This document shows positions 38,601-51,524 of a DNA stretch of 64,000 nucleotides, piece by piece (the stretch's first letter is position 1; every line of letters begins with the position of its first letter). The notes beneath the pieces were generated by a model, which was not told where the DNA came from, ran no database searches, and worked only from the letters and a program-made list of their open reading frames with translations. The position numbers were made by a program, and so were the translations under genes. This DNA is from Basidiobolus meristosporus CBS 931.73 (Eukaryota; Fungi; Basidiobolomycota), in NCBI GenBank assembly GCA_002104905.1, contig MCFE01000355.1, positions 23,991 through 87,990 on the forward strand, read 5' to 3'.

Positions 38601-38700
38601 TTACTTTCATGTCTGCTATGGATGTGATGAGATTGATGTAAAAGTCTTGGAGATATTGGAACTGACTGCAAGGAACAAGTAGAATATGTAGTGTTGACAG
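35640..38700. mobile_element. Decayed Tnp2/CACTA-like element: accessory ORF (minus, ~35770-36900) divergent from transposase (plus, ~36950-38700)
   Basis: Same order and orientation as 1250-11600 once nested insertions are removed; ACVNSCMSF and YPNL motifs. Termini not found. Confidence 0.55.
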
Positions 38701-39475
38701 AATAATATATCAAATGTAAAAGTATTGTATATACTTCTATATAATCTGGGCATAACAGACAAGTGGAATGGTTTTAGAGAAGCCCTAAGAGCATATGTGC
38801 AAAGCTTAGGGCTGTTTGGACAACTTATATGATTTCATGTTTTGGATATCTGATCCTTATTGGAAATAATTTGGTCTCACAGTTAGATCTGATCCAGATC
38901 AGCCATCAGGATCTTACTACTTGACTGTGATAAGGCCAGCCACTTGGAATTGTTGACCCCCTACACAATCATATAATGAGATTGTAAGAGTGTTTTCCTG
39001 ACTTTACTGCTTAATAGAGTAAAAAGCTTCACAGTGTTTTAGCAGTTTTTTGACAAGAACTGCATGGCATTCCAACAGTCTTAATGTACTCTTGATTATT
39101 AGACTTGTTCCATTGGATAGTGTCACATAGTGCCAGCCTGTTTATGGTGCCGGATCAATTGGGCACAGGTACCTGCCTAATGTAGAAGTATTTACATCAA
39201 GTAATCCTACATAAAGTGAGGGATAACTTATGCAATAAGGTAAGTAGGTGTGATGGTCAGCTGGCTAATGGTATTATGTTGATCAAGTAAGACAAATGTG
39301 ATCAAACTAAAATATTAGTAGTAGAAAGAGAGTCCATAGTGCCAGATTGGTCTGGCACTCTGCGGCACCATCTGGCACTATAATTTCTACAATGATGCCA
39401 GTGGTATGATACCGTTACTGGTAATTTTACTCAATCTTACTTATGTTGCTCAGAATAGTGCTTTCCTTGCTTTAT

Positions 39476-40360
39476 TTACTCTTCATAATGTTCCAGACAC
39501 ATTTCTCTCAGTGGATGTCTTCTTGTATGAACATACTGTGCATTAATAAGTATCTTAGCTATTTTACCTATTCTGCTGTTTTCTCCTATATATGACTTTC
39601 CTCTGTATTTACCTGCCAATATGCTGAATCTCTTCAGATATCCAAATGTGTGCTCTACCCTTATTTTGAAATGATTAAATATCTCATTGTAGAGCTTCTG
39701 ATTCCTGCTAAGCACACCATTCCTTGGCTTCCTATAAGCTGTAATACATCCTAATCTCTGACAATCCTCTCCTATATAGGCTAAGTCTGCCATACATTTC
39801 TCTCCTCTACTGAATTCAGGATGATTCTCTACCCAGAGTGCTTTGTCATGCCTACTTCCAGCAAATGGCCCACTAAACCAGATGATGTTACCCTCAATGT
39901 CAGACAGTGCTTGAAACTTCACACAGTGTGCCTTGTACTTGCCAGAATAAAAGTGCCTCTGCCCTCTAGAAGGTCTGTTAATCCTCACTGGGAAGGTATC
40001 CAAAATACTTCTGATATGGAACCTGTTGGTGAACACTCTGGGATATGGAAGTCTATTGCAGCTTCTGAACCTAGTATTCCAAGCTTGCTCTAAGTCATTC
40101 ATACCCTCTGCAAGGTGGTTCTCCATTGCTGTCAGCTGGGAATGAAAACTTCTAGGACTTTTGTTGCCATGGATGGTGGGATGAAACCTTGTAGGGCAAT
40201 AGTTCTTGTAATAGCTGAGAAGCTTAACAAGGGATCTCCTTGAGTAGATTGGGGTTGATGGTCCACAGTACTTGGAATAGATCTCCTCTAGTGTGTCAAA
40301 TGGAAGTCCAGTGGTAGTGATGGGATTGATGAGAAAAGACCATTCAGATGAGTAAGTCAT
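39476..40360 (-). CDS. DDE_Tnp_4 transposase, 294 aa, intact
   Basis: Near-identical to 4432-5316; catalytic D, D and E motifs retained. Confidence 0.92.
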   Translation of the reverse strand: MTYSSEWSFLINPITTTGLPFDTLEEIYSKYCGPSTPIYSRRSLVKLLSYYKNYCPTRFHPTIHGNKSPRSFHSQLTAMENHLAEGMNDLEQAWNTRFRSCNRLPYPRVFTNRFHIRSILDTFPVRINRPSRGQRHFYSGKYKAHCVKFQALSDIEGNIIWFSGPFAGSRHDKALWVENHPEFSRGEKCMADLAYIGEDCQRLGCITAYRKPRNGVLSRNQKLYNEIFNHFKIRVEHTFGYLKRFSILAGKYRGKSYIGENSRIGKIAKILINAQYVHTRRHPLREMCLEHYEE

Positions 40361-40719
40361 ACTGAAATTGATGGATGATTGTATAAAGGCGGTTTGAATT
40401 GATTTGGTGCAATCCGCGTTATTTATCTGATTTTTAATACATTATGGTTAAATCTCCATCAATTGCCATGTATCCCATCATTATGTCGCAAAAATCATCT
40501 GCAAACAATGCCTTGGTACTTTTATTGATGCTTTCATCATAGGTCTATAATCAAATAGGAAATCTGCAATTGATGTGATCTGATTCATGTCAACGCAAGC
40601 CAAGATGCATAATGCATAATATATGGAAAATTCAACAATCACATTAGTTTTCATATATATTTCATATAAGACCAGGTTGATGCCAAAATACTGCTGTATA
40701 AGTATACAAATCCGTTGCT

Positions 40720-41982
40720 ATGGTCCCCATACCAAGCCTCAACTCATCTTTAGTACAACCCAGACAAAACCCATCCCCCAGCTCACAGGCGCGGTCTGGA
40801 CCGGAGAAGTCAATGCCAAATCTGTTCAAGTTCTTGCCAAATGATTTTAGTATGGCCTAAGTGTCTATGATGAGCCTTCATACAGATATTTGGGCACTAC
40901 TGATTAATCTAGCAGAACTAGATACCTCAGAGAGTCAACAAAGATGGAAGAATTTGAGTAGAAAGCTGTGGCATGAGTTCTACATCAAGATGCCAGCCAA
41001 TATATGTAAAAAGATATATAAAAAGACAAGTATTGAAATCAAGAATGAGCTGAGAGTGATAGGATTTAACAAAGAAGCCGTGCGGGAACAATTTTGCGCG
41101 CAATATGCACAGTACGGGCCGGACAGGTCTGTTTGTGCCTCAACTTTGGGAACCAAAGAGATGTTGAATGAGTTTTTGCCTCAAATGACTAATGTACTAC
41201 ATGATATATTAGTTGAGCTAAGTGGCTTCTGAGAGCAATATTCACAGGACTCATCCAGGCAACAGCTCCAAAGTATCAGACAGAGGGTAAGTGAATACCT
41301 TGAGGAATCAGATGGTGAGCTTCAGGAGGAAGAATACAGACAGCAAGCAACATTGTCCAGATTGTGCCAGCACACCTTGCTGGATTCCCTACCATCTCTT
41401 ACAACCACAGCGCACCGGCGCACGTCAGTCCAGACCATGCCAACACCCTTTACCAGAACGCCCCGCGTCAAGTCAACGTGCATTGAGTCAACGCACGTCA
41501 GGTCAACGCGCGCACTTCAGAGCAAAACTATAAGAACTTGCCTAACTGCTCATTTAGACACAAGTCCATTGGAGCGGACCAAGTTGTGTCAACATGTGGC
41601 ATCACATCAAACTCAGCCAAGGGCCATCTCAACGCGTCAAGGCACGCCTGCGCGTGCCGTTTTGCCTGACCATCAGCGAGTTACTTCTGGTGAACTGACT
41701 GATGATGACCAACATGAAGTGCCTCAACCACCGGAGCCCTTGGCAAGTACAAGAACGCATCAGCACGTGGCACTACAGGCCGGTTCAGTTGGTTCAGTTG
41801 GAGCAATTCAGCACGGCCAAGCTGCAGCATTGCACTCATCAACTAGGAGGCAAAATACTGACTACAAATACACAAGTAGCCAGGATGATAGTCAGCCAGG
41901 AAGTAGTATAGGTGTGCAAAGTGAGTCACTACCAAATGCTTCAGTAGTAATCCCTGTGAGAAAAAAACCCAGGAGAAGATGA
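40720..41982 (+). pseudogene. PHIS ORF2 (420 codons, Myb/MADF-like, C-terminal NLS-like RKKPRRR) with two in-frame stops
   Basis: One reading frame from ATG 40720, with TAA at 40858 and TGA at 41230, both explicable by C>T. Confidence 0.75.
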
Positions 41983-42729
41983 TGCAATTGCTTTGAATTG
42001 CTCACATTGGTAATGATCCCAACAACCCTTTTTTTTTGCAATCCCAATCAAGCCATCGCAAATCAGTGATAATCAAATTTTTGATATATGTAATATCAAG
42101 GTTGTCTCACATTTGAGACAGAACCCCTATAAATAAACACCCTGCATATATATACATCATCTGTAATACCAGTGCAGCTATTGGATTTGTTTTGCACCTA
42201 CACAATTGCTTGCGTGCTAGCTATGACACCTTGTCCAATAACTAGGATCAGGGATTTACTTGCTCAATGGGCAAAATGGGATATTTGATGGCAAATCAGG
42301 TAGCTTTTTCAGTAGTCAATGAGCCAATTGGGGGCTGCCAGCTTCAGGATACTTTTGGACCAATTAACCACTGAGATACTGTCCAATTGGAGTGAGGGTA
42401 ACCAAAATGGTAAGTATCAGTTTAGTTTATAGTGTGATACACATTTATTTCCATTTACATTAAAGAAACATATCCAAATACCGGATTTTACCTGCCATTA
42501 TAGCGGTATCCAATTGTGCACATGATGCAAACATTACAAGTTGGCACGATCATCTGTGCCAACCTCATTGTGTCAGATTGTGCCATAGTGTGCAAGATTG
42601 TCCCGCATAGTGCAAAATTGTCCAAGAACAATCCTGCCTTCTGGTAGCTATAATATTGCGCCCAATTGTTCTTTACAACCGCAGATTGCGCCACGCACCC
42701 TGGCATAGTACAATGGAACAAGTCTATAT

Positions 42730-45250
42730 AATTAAGCAGACCTAGCTGGCCAATGCATCTGATTACCTTATATTGCAAGTAACATGACAATGCTCTGATG
42801 GCCTCATTGCAAACCTCTGCTGGCATCATAAAGCAGTATGGTACCCTACAGTAGGTTTTGTATAGTGCTCCATACCAATTTACCAAATAGTATTCTCTTC
42901 TTATACCTCCCCTTGGACCATTCATATGTTCCACTGCAGAATCACCCCTCTTTGTTTGCTTGACCTCTACTACCTTGGGTATTCCACATATAACCTGAAT
43001 CAAAAAGTACCATGGCCTCCTGCTTACAAGCATATGTTTGATTGCTGCCACTTCTGCCACATATACCTCCTGAATATTCTCACAATGGACTTTAGTACTT
43101 ATCCAATATATTCCTGCTCCTTGCTGAATTCTAGTCCCCCTTCTGGGTGTGCTCCTGATCTTGTATGTGTGAACCCCATATTCATTAGTGTAAAAGCTGG
43201 CCTATGACCCAGAGAAACCTGGCATGCTTTGGTAGGGTTATCCTAATAAAACTAGTTGCTTGTTGTACCCAAACCTGCACTGAATTGCTTAACTAATTAC
43301 CCATGCAATGGGGCTGCTTAACTTCTTAATACCAAAAACATAAATGATTCCATGTGCACATCTGTCCGCAGAATTTTCCATCCTATCCTGGTAGTCCTCC
43401 ATGTGCCAACTCATCATATCCATGATGGACTTGAAGGTAATATTCTTGATAAGATTGTGACACAGTAGTACCTGCAATTTGGCTTGTCATCCTATCTCCC
43501 AACATATTAGACTTGTTCTGTTGTATAGTGCCACATTGTGCCATGAGTGCCAAATGATGCTATAGTGTGCCAGAGAGGCCAAGTTAACCTATACTTGGCA
43601 ACAGAGAGTGAAACATAGCTCAGCATCTTCAAGCAAAGCAGACCCTGTGTTTCACCCATTGTCCAGGAGAAAATCCATTTTTTGACCTTTTTTTGTGGAT
43701 CACTGTAGTGCAGGATGTGTAAGTGCACAGGAGAACTGAAGATATACATCTGGTACTGAATACCCATGGCACTCTAAATCTAGCTCCTGTGGCTTGTAAC
43801 ATGTCACAAAAATGCATGGCACTATCTTGGTCCACTGGTACTATCTGCAACTATATTTAATTATTAGCCATAAAGTAAGATCTATTCAAAGCACTTATAG
43901 TGCCACATAGTACTAGCAGACTAAGATAGTGCCATGCATTTTTGTGACATGTTACAAGCCACAGGAGCTAGATTTAGAGTGCCATGGGTATTGAGTACCA
44001 GATGCATATCTTTGGTTCTCCTGTACTCTTACACATCCCACACAACTTTGATTTAAAAAAAAAGGTCAAAGAATGGATTTTCTCCAGAGCAATGGGTGAA
44101 ACACAGGGGCTGCTTTGCATGAAGATGCAGAGCTATGTTTCATACTCTGTGGCCAAGTATAGGCTCACTTGGCCTCCAGGGCACACTATGGCATCATTTG
44201 GCACTCATGGCTCAATGTGGCACTATCCAACGGAACAAGTTTATTTCCTCCATAGGAAACTCCCAAAATGTGAAGCAAGAACCAATGTTTTCCACACACC
44301 AAGCAAGATGTAGTAGAAAATGGATACAGTGGCAAAGGATATCTAAGCAATCAGTTTCATGCTTGTAGTATAGCTGCTCAAATCTTGTCTCACACTCCAT
44401 GCATAAAAGCTGAAGAGGCATCAAGCTGGCAATGGTGATTAGCCTCTGGATAATTATTTTTAACATAACAATAAAAGACTCCAAATGCATCTAATATACA
44501 CTGGGTAGAAATGGCTTCAGAAGGCCACTTGAAAAAATGCATTTCCAATTCATCCAGTCCTTACATTGGTAATGCTGTATATGTGTGTGAATATTGATTG
44601 GATCCTGTGAGACAACTTTGGGTAGCAGATACTCTGTAAGATCTTACTGATTCTTTAAAATTTCCTTTGTATCTTGAAGGGCTTGTTGCACCAGAGGTAC
44701 CCCATCTACAACTAGGTCAATAGTATTGAAATATTGCTGCAAAGCAAAGGCATATCTCTCAGTGGAAAGCTTTTGCTCCCACCAATATCCTGTATCCTAA
44801 GTATCTCTGGCTTCTAACTCATTTCATAGTCCAGCTGATGGCTTAGAGCTTGCTAACTATGCTGCAATTGCATGCTGACTGCAGTACATTCCCTCTATGG
44901 GAGGATGTTATTTTTAGGGCTTGTGTATAGATGATAATAAAATGTGCAAGTTATGGAGTAAGTCACATTGAGCTCACACACTTAACATTAATACCATCCA
45001 TTGTGTCCAGGAAAGCTGGTTATCTTGCTGATGGCTGGTGTATCTCCAATGCATATCATAGTATGTGCTATGAGATGATGGGCATTTACTGTTTTCCCAC
45101 TGTTAAGCATACAAAATTCATGTTGGATTGCAATTTAGGCCCAGACACCAGTGTGACTACCATCTGGTTTATGCTCTGATTCTGTAAGATAGGTGGCAGA
45201 TTCAGGTTGATGGGAATTGGTGGCCAGCAGAATTTACTGGTAGAATACTT
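42730..45250 (-). pseudogene. Tnp2/CACTA-like transposase remnant, interrupted by a MITE
   Basis: RFEQLYYKH...CIHFLLHLAWCVENIGSCFTFWEFPMEE (44212-44490), continuing after the MITE at 43289-43477. Confidence 0.65.
43509..44242. mobile_element. Foldback MITE (734 bp)
   Basis: Termini AGACTTGTTCTGTTG...CAACGGAACAAGTTT, TSD ATT/ATT, ~340-bp inverted arms around a short spacer. Confidence 0.88.
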
Positions 45251-45916
45251 ACCTACCCTACTGCTTTATGCCACTGTTCAGTCATTGGTTCCCATACATC
45301 CTGGACTTTAGCTGGTGCTTCAAGGTCTAGCACCTAATCTGCCAGTCTTTGCAACAAATTCTTGCAGTAACTAAGTGTGTTTTCTTGAGTACTGGACTTG
45401 AAGAAGTGCTGCAACCTCTTGAAGTGCCTAGTAATATTTCAAAATTCCACTAAAGGCATTGTGATAACCTTTTGAGTCTTTGACATAGCAACTTTGTCTG
45501 TCAGTGGGATCTCCATTCTGTCAACCATAAAGGACATGGAGGCTGTGGTAGACAAAATTCATTCTCTGCAAACTCATCTACCTCACTGGAGTGTAGCTCA
45601 ACTGGCTGCACTTCCAACTCTTATGAAAACAGCTATCTTCTTGTTGATAATCTTCTTGGATATGCTGAGATTCAGTCTGTTCCAGGCTTACACTATTAAT
45701 TGCCAAGAACTGCAGCTTTTTTCTTACGCATCCCTGTCCCAAGCTTGGGTGGACATTTCCCCGTTACCTTTTCCTCTATCCCTGGTAGGTCTTGCACTGC
45801 TACTTTCTCTGGGTGCTTCTTGTATTGGACTATGTTTTCTCCTTGATAAATGCTGCTCTGATGCATCTGTTTTGGCCTACTTGTCCCCTGCTGGCCCTCT
45901 GCAGGAAACCTGACGC

Positions 45917-46986
45917 TGTAGTGGGGTGACAGTGACACCCACTGACAGATGTGCTCATTCCCTTATTTTCTACTTCCCTATATCTCTACTACACTTATTT
46001 AGTTTTATCCCATTTGTCTTACCCAATCAGTACTATCCCATAAGCCAGTTGACTATCACACCTGCTTACCTTATTGCATACGTTACCCCTCACTTTATGT
46101 AATATTACTAGCTATAAGTGTTTCTATATTAGGCAAGTACCCACGCCAGTACCTGTGACACATGAACAACCTGTGTCACCATCCCTACCATTTCCATACT
46201 ACATATGGTATCCCTATGTTACACAGGCTTCAGAATACTGATTTCTGATTGGTTGGATGTGTTGTGCCTCTTAGAACCTTCCGGCACCTACTTAGTACAT
46301 TCTTAGGTCATTCTGATGTCATTAAGATTTCTATTGATATCCTGAACCTTCTGGAACACCTTGATTAGTAATCACTTAGCCAGTAAGAAAAGTATATAAG
46401 GGAGGCTATCCCTCAACAATAAATCATCATCCCTTTTATCAATATACCAACTTGTTGATTAGTGTGATCACTGCTACCTGCTGCTACCTGAACTTCTAAC
46501 CCTAGACCACAGGACACTCCCAGGAAACCGCGCTGACAGCCAACTGACCTTGGAAGCACTACTTGTGAGGAATACTCAGAGTAGGTATCTTTTATTATAT
46601 TTGATTCTTTCCCAAGTTTGTTCTTGTATAGGCAAAGATACTTTTCTGTCTTTGTAACTTTTGACCACAGCTGCATTCTTATCAAGTCCCTGCTGGTGGA
46701 GTCTACAGTTGTTTTGACTTTGGAAGCTTTAGTACATTGTCATCTCAAAGGACGCTGAACCCGGCACATACTTTTGTTAAGACGCCAACTAAGTTGGGGA
46801 TTGCAGCTCAATAGTTTTCCCTTGACAAGCTTGTGGCCTTATTCCCCTTCACATTAGATTAGAGACAGAACCCAAGTATTCCTAGCAATCTTTTGCCAGA
46901 GGTTATTGCACCCAGTGAACACCCCGCACACAAAACACTTGAGAAGTGTTGGATGTATCTCTCCCTTGTACTTATACACCACCACA
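45917..46986 (+). repeat. Solo LTR, family A (1070 bp)
   Basis: TG...CA termini, TSD ACGC/ACGC; collinear with 7141-8209. Confidence 0.9.
46631..46840 (+). ncRNA. Candidate structured RNA module (copy A2, least decayed)
   Basis: Helices GCAAAGA/TCTTTGT, AGCTGCA/TGCAGCT, TCTTA/TAAGA, GAC..TG/CA..GTC and CCAAC-TAA-GTTGG. Confidence 0.6.
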
Positions 46987-47174
46987 ACGCTTCTTTTGCA
47001 CTTGTTTTGAGCTCTCAGCATATGCTATGATGGGCTCCAGGGATAGCTGCTGGTTTTAAGTGTGCCAGGTCCTTCACTGCTACTCTAACTGAGTGCATCT
47101 TGAGTAAGAGTATGCTCTTTCCTGGGTAAATGTTGTGTTGGTATATATGTGTCTGCCTGCTTTCCCCTTATTGG

Positions 47175-48224
47175 CACTTTTTACTTCTGGGGAACTGACT
47201 GATGATGACCAACATGAAGTGCCTCAACCACCGGAGCCCTTGGCAAGTACAAGAACGCATCAGCACGTGGCACTACAGGCTGGTTCAGTTAGTTCATTTG
47301 GAGCAATTCAGCATGGCCAAGCTGCAGCATTGCACTCATTAACTAGGAGGCAAAATACTGACTACAAATACACAAGTAGCCAAGATGATAGTCAGCCAGG
47401 AAGTAGTATAGGTGTGCAAGGTGAGTCACTACCAAATGCTCCAGTAGTAATCCCTGTGAGAAAAAAACCCAGGAGAAGATGATGCAATTGCTTTGAATTG
47501 CTCACATTTGTAATGATCCCAACAACCCATTTTTTTGCAATCCAAATCAAGCAATTGCAAATCAGTGATCATCAAATTTTTGATATAAGTAATATCAAGG
47601 TTGTCTCACATTTGAGACAGAACCCCTATAAATAAACACCCTGCATATATATATGTCATCTGTAAAACCAGTGCAGCTATTGGATCTGTTTTGCACCTAC
47701 ACAATCACTTGTGTGCTAGCTATGACACCTTATCCAATCACTAGGATCAGGGATTTACCTGCTCAATGGGCAAAATGGGATATTTGATGGCAAATCAGGT
47801 AGCTATTTCAGTAGTTAATGAGCCAATTGGGGGCTGCCAGCTTCAGGATACTTTTGGACCAATTAACCACTGAGATACTGTCCAATTGGAGTGAGGGTAA
47901 CCAAAATGGTAAGTATCAGTGTAGTTTATATTGTGATACACATTTATTTCCATTTACATTAAAGAAACATATCCAAATACCAGATTTTACCTGCCATAAT
48001 AGCGGTATTTGATTGCGCAAGTGATGCAAACATTACAAGTTGGCGCAATCATCTGTGCCAACCTCATTGTGTCAGATTGTGCCATAGTGTGCAAGATTGT
48101 CCTGCATAGTGCAAAATTGTCCAAGAACAATCCTGCCTTTTGGTAACTATAATATTGCGCCCAATTGTTCTTTACAACCGCCGATTGCGCTGCGTGCCCT
48201 GGCACGGTACAATGGAACAAGTTT
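47175..48224 (-). mobile_element. PHIS copy 4, truncated (ORF2 3' end plus left terminus)
   Basis: Near-identical to 41680-42725; ends ...ATGGAACAAGTTT followed by AAT. Confidence 0.85.
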
Positions 48225-48229
48225 AATAT

Positions 48230-49130
48230 CAATTGGATGCAGATGGGTCTTCAAGACAAAAAATAAGGCTAATGGTGCAATTGAAAGATACAAGGCCACA
48301 CTTGTGGCCAAAGAATACTGTTAAACAACAGGACTTGACTACACTGAGACCTTTGCACTGGTAGCTGAGCTTAATATCATCAGATTAATATTGGCTATTG
48401 CAGCAAAATATAGGCTTTTTATTCTTTAAATGGATATAAAATATGAGTTTTTGAATGGAGAACTTGATAGTAAAGTTTATATGGACTAGCCTGATGGGCT
48501 TGTTGTCTAAGACAGTCCCCATCTGGTCTGTCAGCTTAAAAAACCACTATATGGTCACTAGCAATCACTCAGAGCCTAGAATTACAAGATATATATTAAT
48601 TTGGAATCTTTGAGTTTCAGAAGGAGTAATGCTGCCAATGGTATATACTATAAGCCATATAGAGCAAATCCAGTTTCATTAGCTCTATAAGTGGAAGACC
48701 TTGTTATGGCTGCCACTACCCTAGCAACATTGGAAGAGACTAAATCCAGCCTGTGTAGGATGTTCAAGATGTCTGATCTAGGAGTACTCAGTTACTGCTC
48801 AGGGATAAAGTTCTTCATAGACAGAAGTACAGAGACTATTACCCTAAGCTAATCTATGTATATTAAAGATATACCAAATAGGTATCAAATGGAAGACAGT
48901 AAACTGGCAGCTACCCCAATGGAGACAAATCTTAACTTGGTCAAAACTCAACCAAATCAAGAGATCTTGATGCCATCTGGAAGCCCTGAATTTTCTTATT
49001 GATCTATGGCTGGCAGTCAAATGCAAATTATGCTTGGAACACATCCAGATATCTCATTATCAATGGGAGTTTTCAGCCAGCTTGATCAGAACTATGGATA
49101 TGATGATACTGTAGCAGTGTGTTAAAGTAC
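48230..49130 (+). pseudogene. Copia RT remnant
   Basis: IGCRWVFKTK...GAIERYKATLVAK, followed by frameshifted Copia RT motifs. Confidence 0.7.
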
Positions 49131-49754
49131 AGATACTGCTTATACTTTCAACATTAAGTGAAAACCACATAATCTACATGTTCTCCTAATCACTTCCAAT
49201 ATCTTCAAGACTCTTACTACACAAAGACCTTTTTGGCATCTAGCATATATATTCCTTCTTGCTGATGGATTCTAGTCCCCCTTACAGGTTTATTCCGGCA
49301 CTTGTTGGTGTGAATTCTGTATTGAATGGTGTATAGATTGGCTTGAGACCAAGAGAAATTTGGCATGCCTTGGTAGAGTTTTCCTAATAAAGATTAGGGG
49401 CTTGTTGCACCCAACCCAACTTTGCATTGCCTAACTGATTACCCATGCATTGGGGCTGCTTAGCTTCTTAATGCCACAGGTATAGGTGTCTCCATGTGCA
49501 CATCTGTCCTCAGTATTTTTCAACTTATCCTGGCTGTCCTCCATGTGCCAACAAATCAAATCCATGACAGTCTTGAAGGTACTATTCTTGATGAGATTTA
49601 GATATGGTAGTACCTGTAACTTTGCTTGTCTGCCTATCCCCCACACATCCTTTCCATAGGAAATGCCCAAAAGTTGAAGCAAGGTCCAGCAGTCTCAACA
49701 GACCAAGTACAATGGAGTAGCAAATGGATACAGTAGTGGCTGAGATCTACATAT

Positions 49755-50445
49755 TGTAGTGGGGTCACAGTGACACCCTCTGACAGATGTGCTCATTCCC
49801 ATATTTTCTACTTCCCTTATTTTAGTTTTATCCCATTTGTTCTACTTGATCAGTACTATCCCATAAGCTGGCTGACTATTGCACCTGCTTAGCTTACTGC
49901 TTAAGTTATCCCTCACCTTATTTAAGATTACATGATATAAGTGCCTCCAAATTTGGCAAGCACCCATGCCAGTACCTGTAAAACATGACCAAACCATATC
50001 ACCATTCCTACCATTTTCATACCATATAGTATCCCTATGTTACAAAAGCTTCAGAATACTGATCCCTGATTGGTTGGGTGTGCTGTGCTTCTTTGAGCCT
50101 TCAGGAACCTACTTAGAACATTCTCAGCTCATTCTGATGTCATTAAGACTTCTGTTTCACCACTGGAACCTTCTGGAACACCATGATTAGTAATCACTTT
50201 GCCAGTGTGAATGATATGTAAGGGGGGCAATCCCTCAACACTAGATCATCATCCCTTTTATCAATATACCAGGTTGTTGATTAGTGTGAGCACTGCTACT
50301 TGCTGCTACCTGAACTTTTAACCCCAGACCATAGGGCACTTGCAGGAAGCTGTGCTGACATCCAACCTACCTTGGAGGCACTACTTGCAGTAATACTCAG
50401 AGTAGGTGTCTTTTATTATATTTGATTCTTTCCCAACTTTGCTGC
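49755..50445 (+). repeat. 3'-truncated LTR-A, within a minus-strand Tnp2 remnant (49200-51110)
   Basis: Starts TGTAGTGGGGTCACAG and matches 7141-7840; stops just before the structured module. Confidence 0.8.
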
Positions 50446-51312
50446 AATTACATGCTGACTTCTGTACATTCTCTCTGTGGAAAGAGGATGTTCTTAGTGC
50501 TGGTGTTTGGGTAATAATAATGTATGAGAGTTATGGAGTAAGTCCCCTGGATCTCACACATTTGACAGCAATACCGTCTATTATGCCTAGAAAACCTGCT
50601 ATCATCCTGATGGCCAGGGTATCTCCAATGCAGATAGTAATATGAGCATTTACATGGCAGCCATTAACTATTATCCTGCTGGAAAGCATGCAAAATTCAT
50701 TCAGCAATGGATACAGGTAGCTATCCAGGTTGGATGGTGATTTAGGCCTAGATACCTGTGAGACTACCATGAGATTATTGCTCTGATGCCATTACATGAA
50801 TGGCAGATTTGATTGATGAGAATCAGTGGCCAGCAGGAATTGCTGGTAGAGTACATGTTTTATGAGAATCCATCAAGTCCTAAGGCAAAGGCATGGTCAT
50901 ACATACCTTCAAAGGAGCCCTTGCTTATTAGCTGTTGTAATGTTTGCCATCAAATTTATTGGATATGATTGCACTTAATTGATACTGAGTGCAGTACTGT
51001 ATAGCTTTGCAACACTTGTTGAATTGCATCAGATTACTCAGACAGGTATTATTGGAATATATTCAGAATGTGAACAATGTTCTCCCTCAATGGTGGTGGA
51101 TTCCATTGAAATAATTATGATTTAATTCAACATACAAATGCAAATATTCAGAGACAATTTTTTTTTAATTATTTTTTGCTTTATCTCAAGATTTTTGACT
51201 CAAATCATCTGTTTAATCCAAAATACAAAATAAAAAAATAAATAAATCTCAAAGACAAAATTTTTGTTTCACAAGTATCACCCATCATCTTTTCCTAGTC
51301 TTGTCCTATAAA

Positions 51313-51524
51313 GGCAAAGATACTTTATCTTTGTAAAACTATTGGTCTAAGCTGCATTCACTTTATTACCCTGCTGGTGGAGTTTACAGTTGTTACAGTA
51401 TTGGAAGCTTTAGTACAATACTCTATTAAAGGATGTCAAAACCAGTACCTTCTGAAGTGATGCTAACTTATTTAAGTTGGGGATTGTGGCTCAATAGTTG
51501 TATTCTTGACATACTGGTGGCTTT
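51313..51524 (+). ncRNA. Candidate structured RNA module (copy G) in the Gypsy 5' leader, ~70 nt before the gag ATG
   Basis: Divergent from the LTR-A copies but retains all helices through compensatory changes. Confidence 0.6.

Larger units (their letters stand above)
39101..42725 (-). mobile_element. PHIS (Pangu-type) transposon, copy 2, inverted
   Basis: Termini AGACTTGTTCCATTG...CAATGGAACAAGTCT, flanks ATT/ATA. Collinear with copy 1 plus a ~170-bp insertion near 39170-39340. Confidence 0.9.

Noticed and set aside
46585-46630. Small intron ending exactly at the start of the RNA module (GTATCT...TATAG|GCAAAG)
   Set aside because: A pyrimidine tract plus AG is present in three copies, but the donor is not conserved (GTAGTT in 7805) and there is no clear branch site; unsupported without transcripts.
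46680-46780. Group I intron, hammerhead or RNase P identity for the structured module (AAGCTTTAGTAC resembles the S element; GAACCCGGC resembles CR-V)
   Set aside because: P7 and P4 partners do not pair, there is no CUGANGA/GAAA core, and the helix order does not fit.
51110-51270. 5' LTR or tRNA PBS of the chromovirus
   Set aside because: AT-rich tract with no similarity to the 3' LTR and no recognisable PBS; self-priming cannot be assessed.
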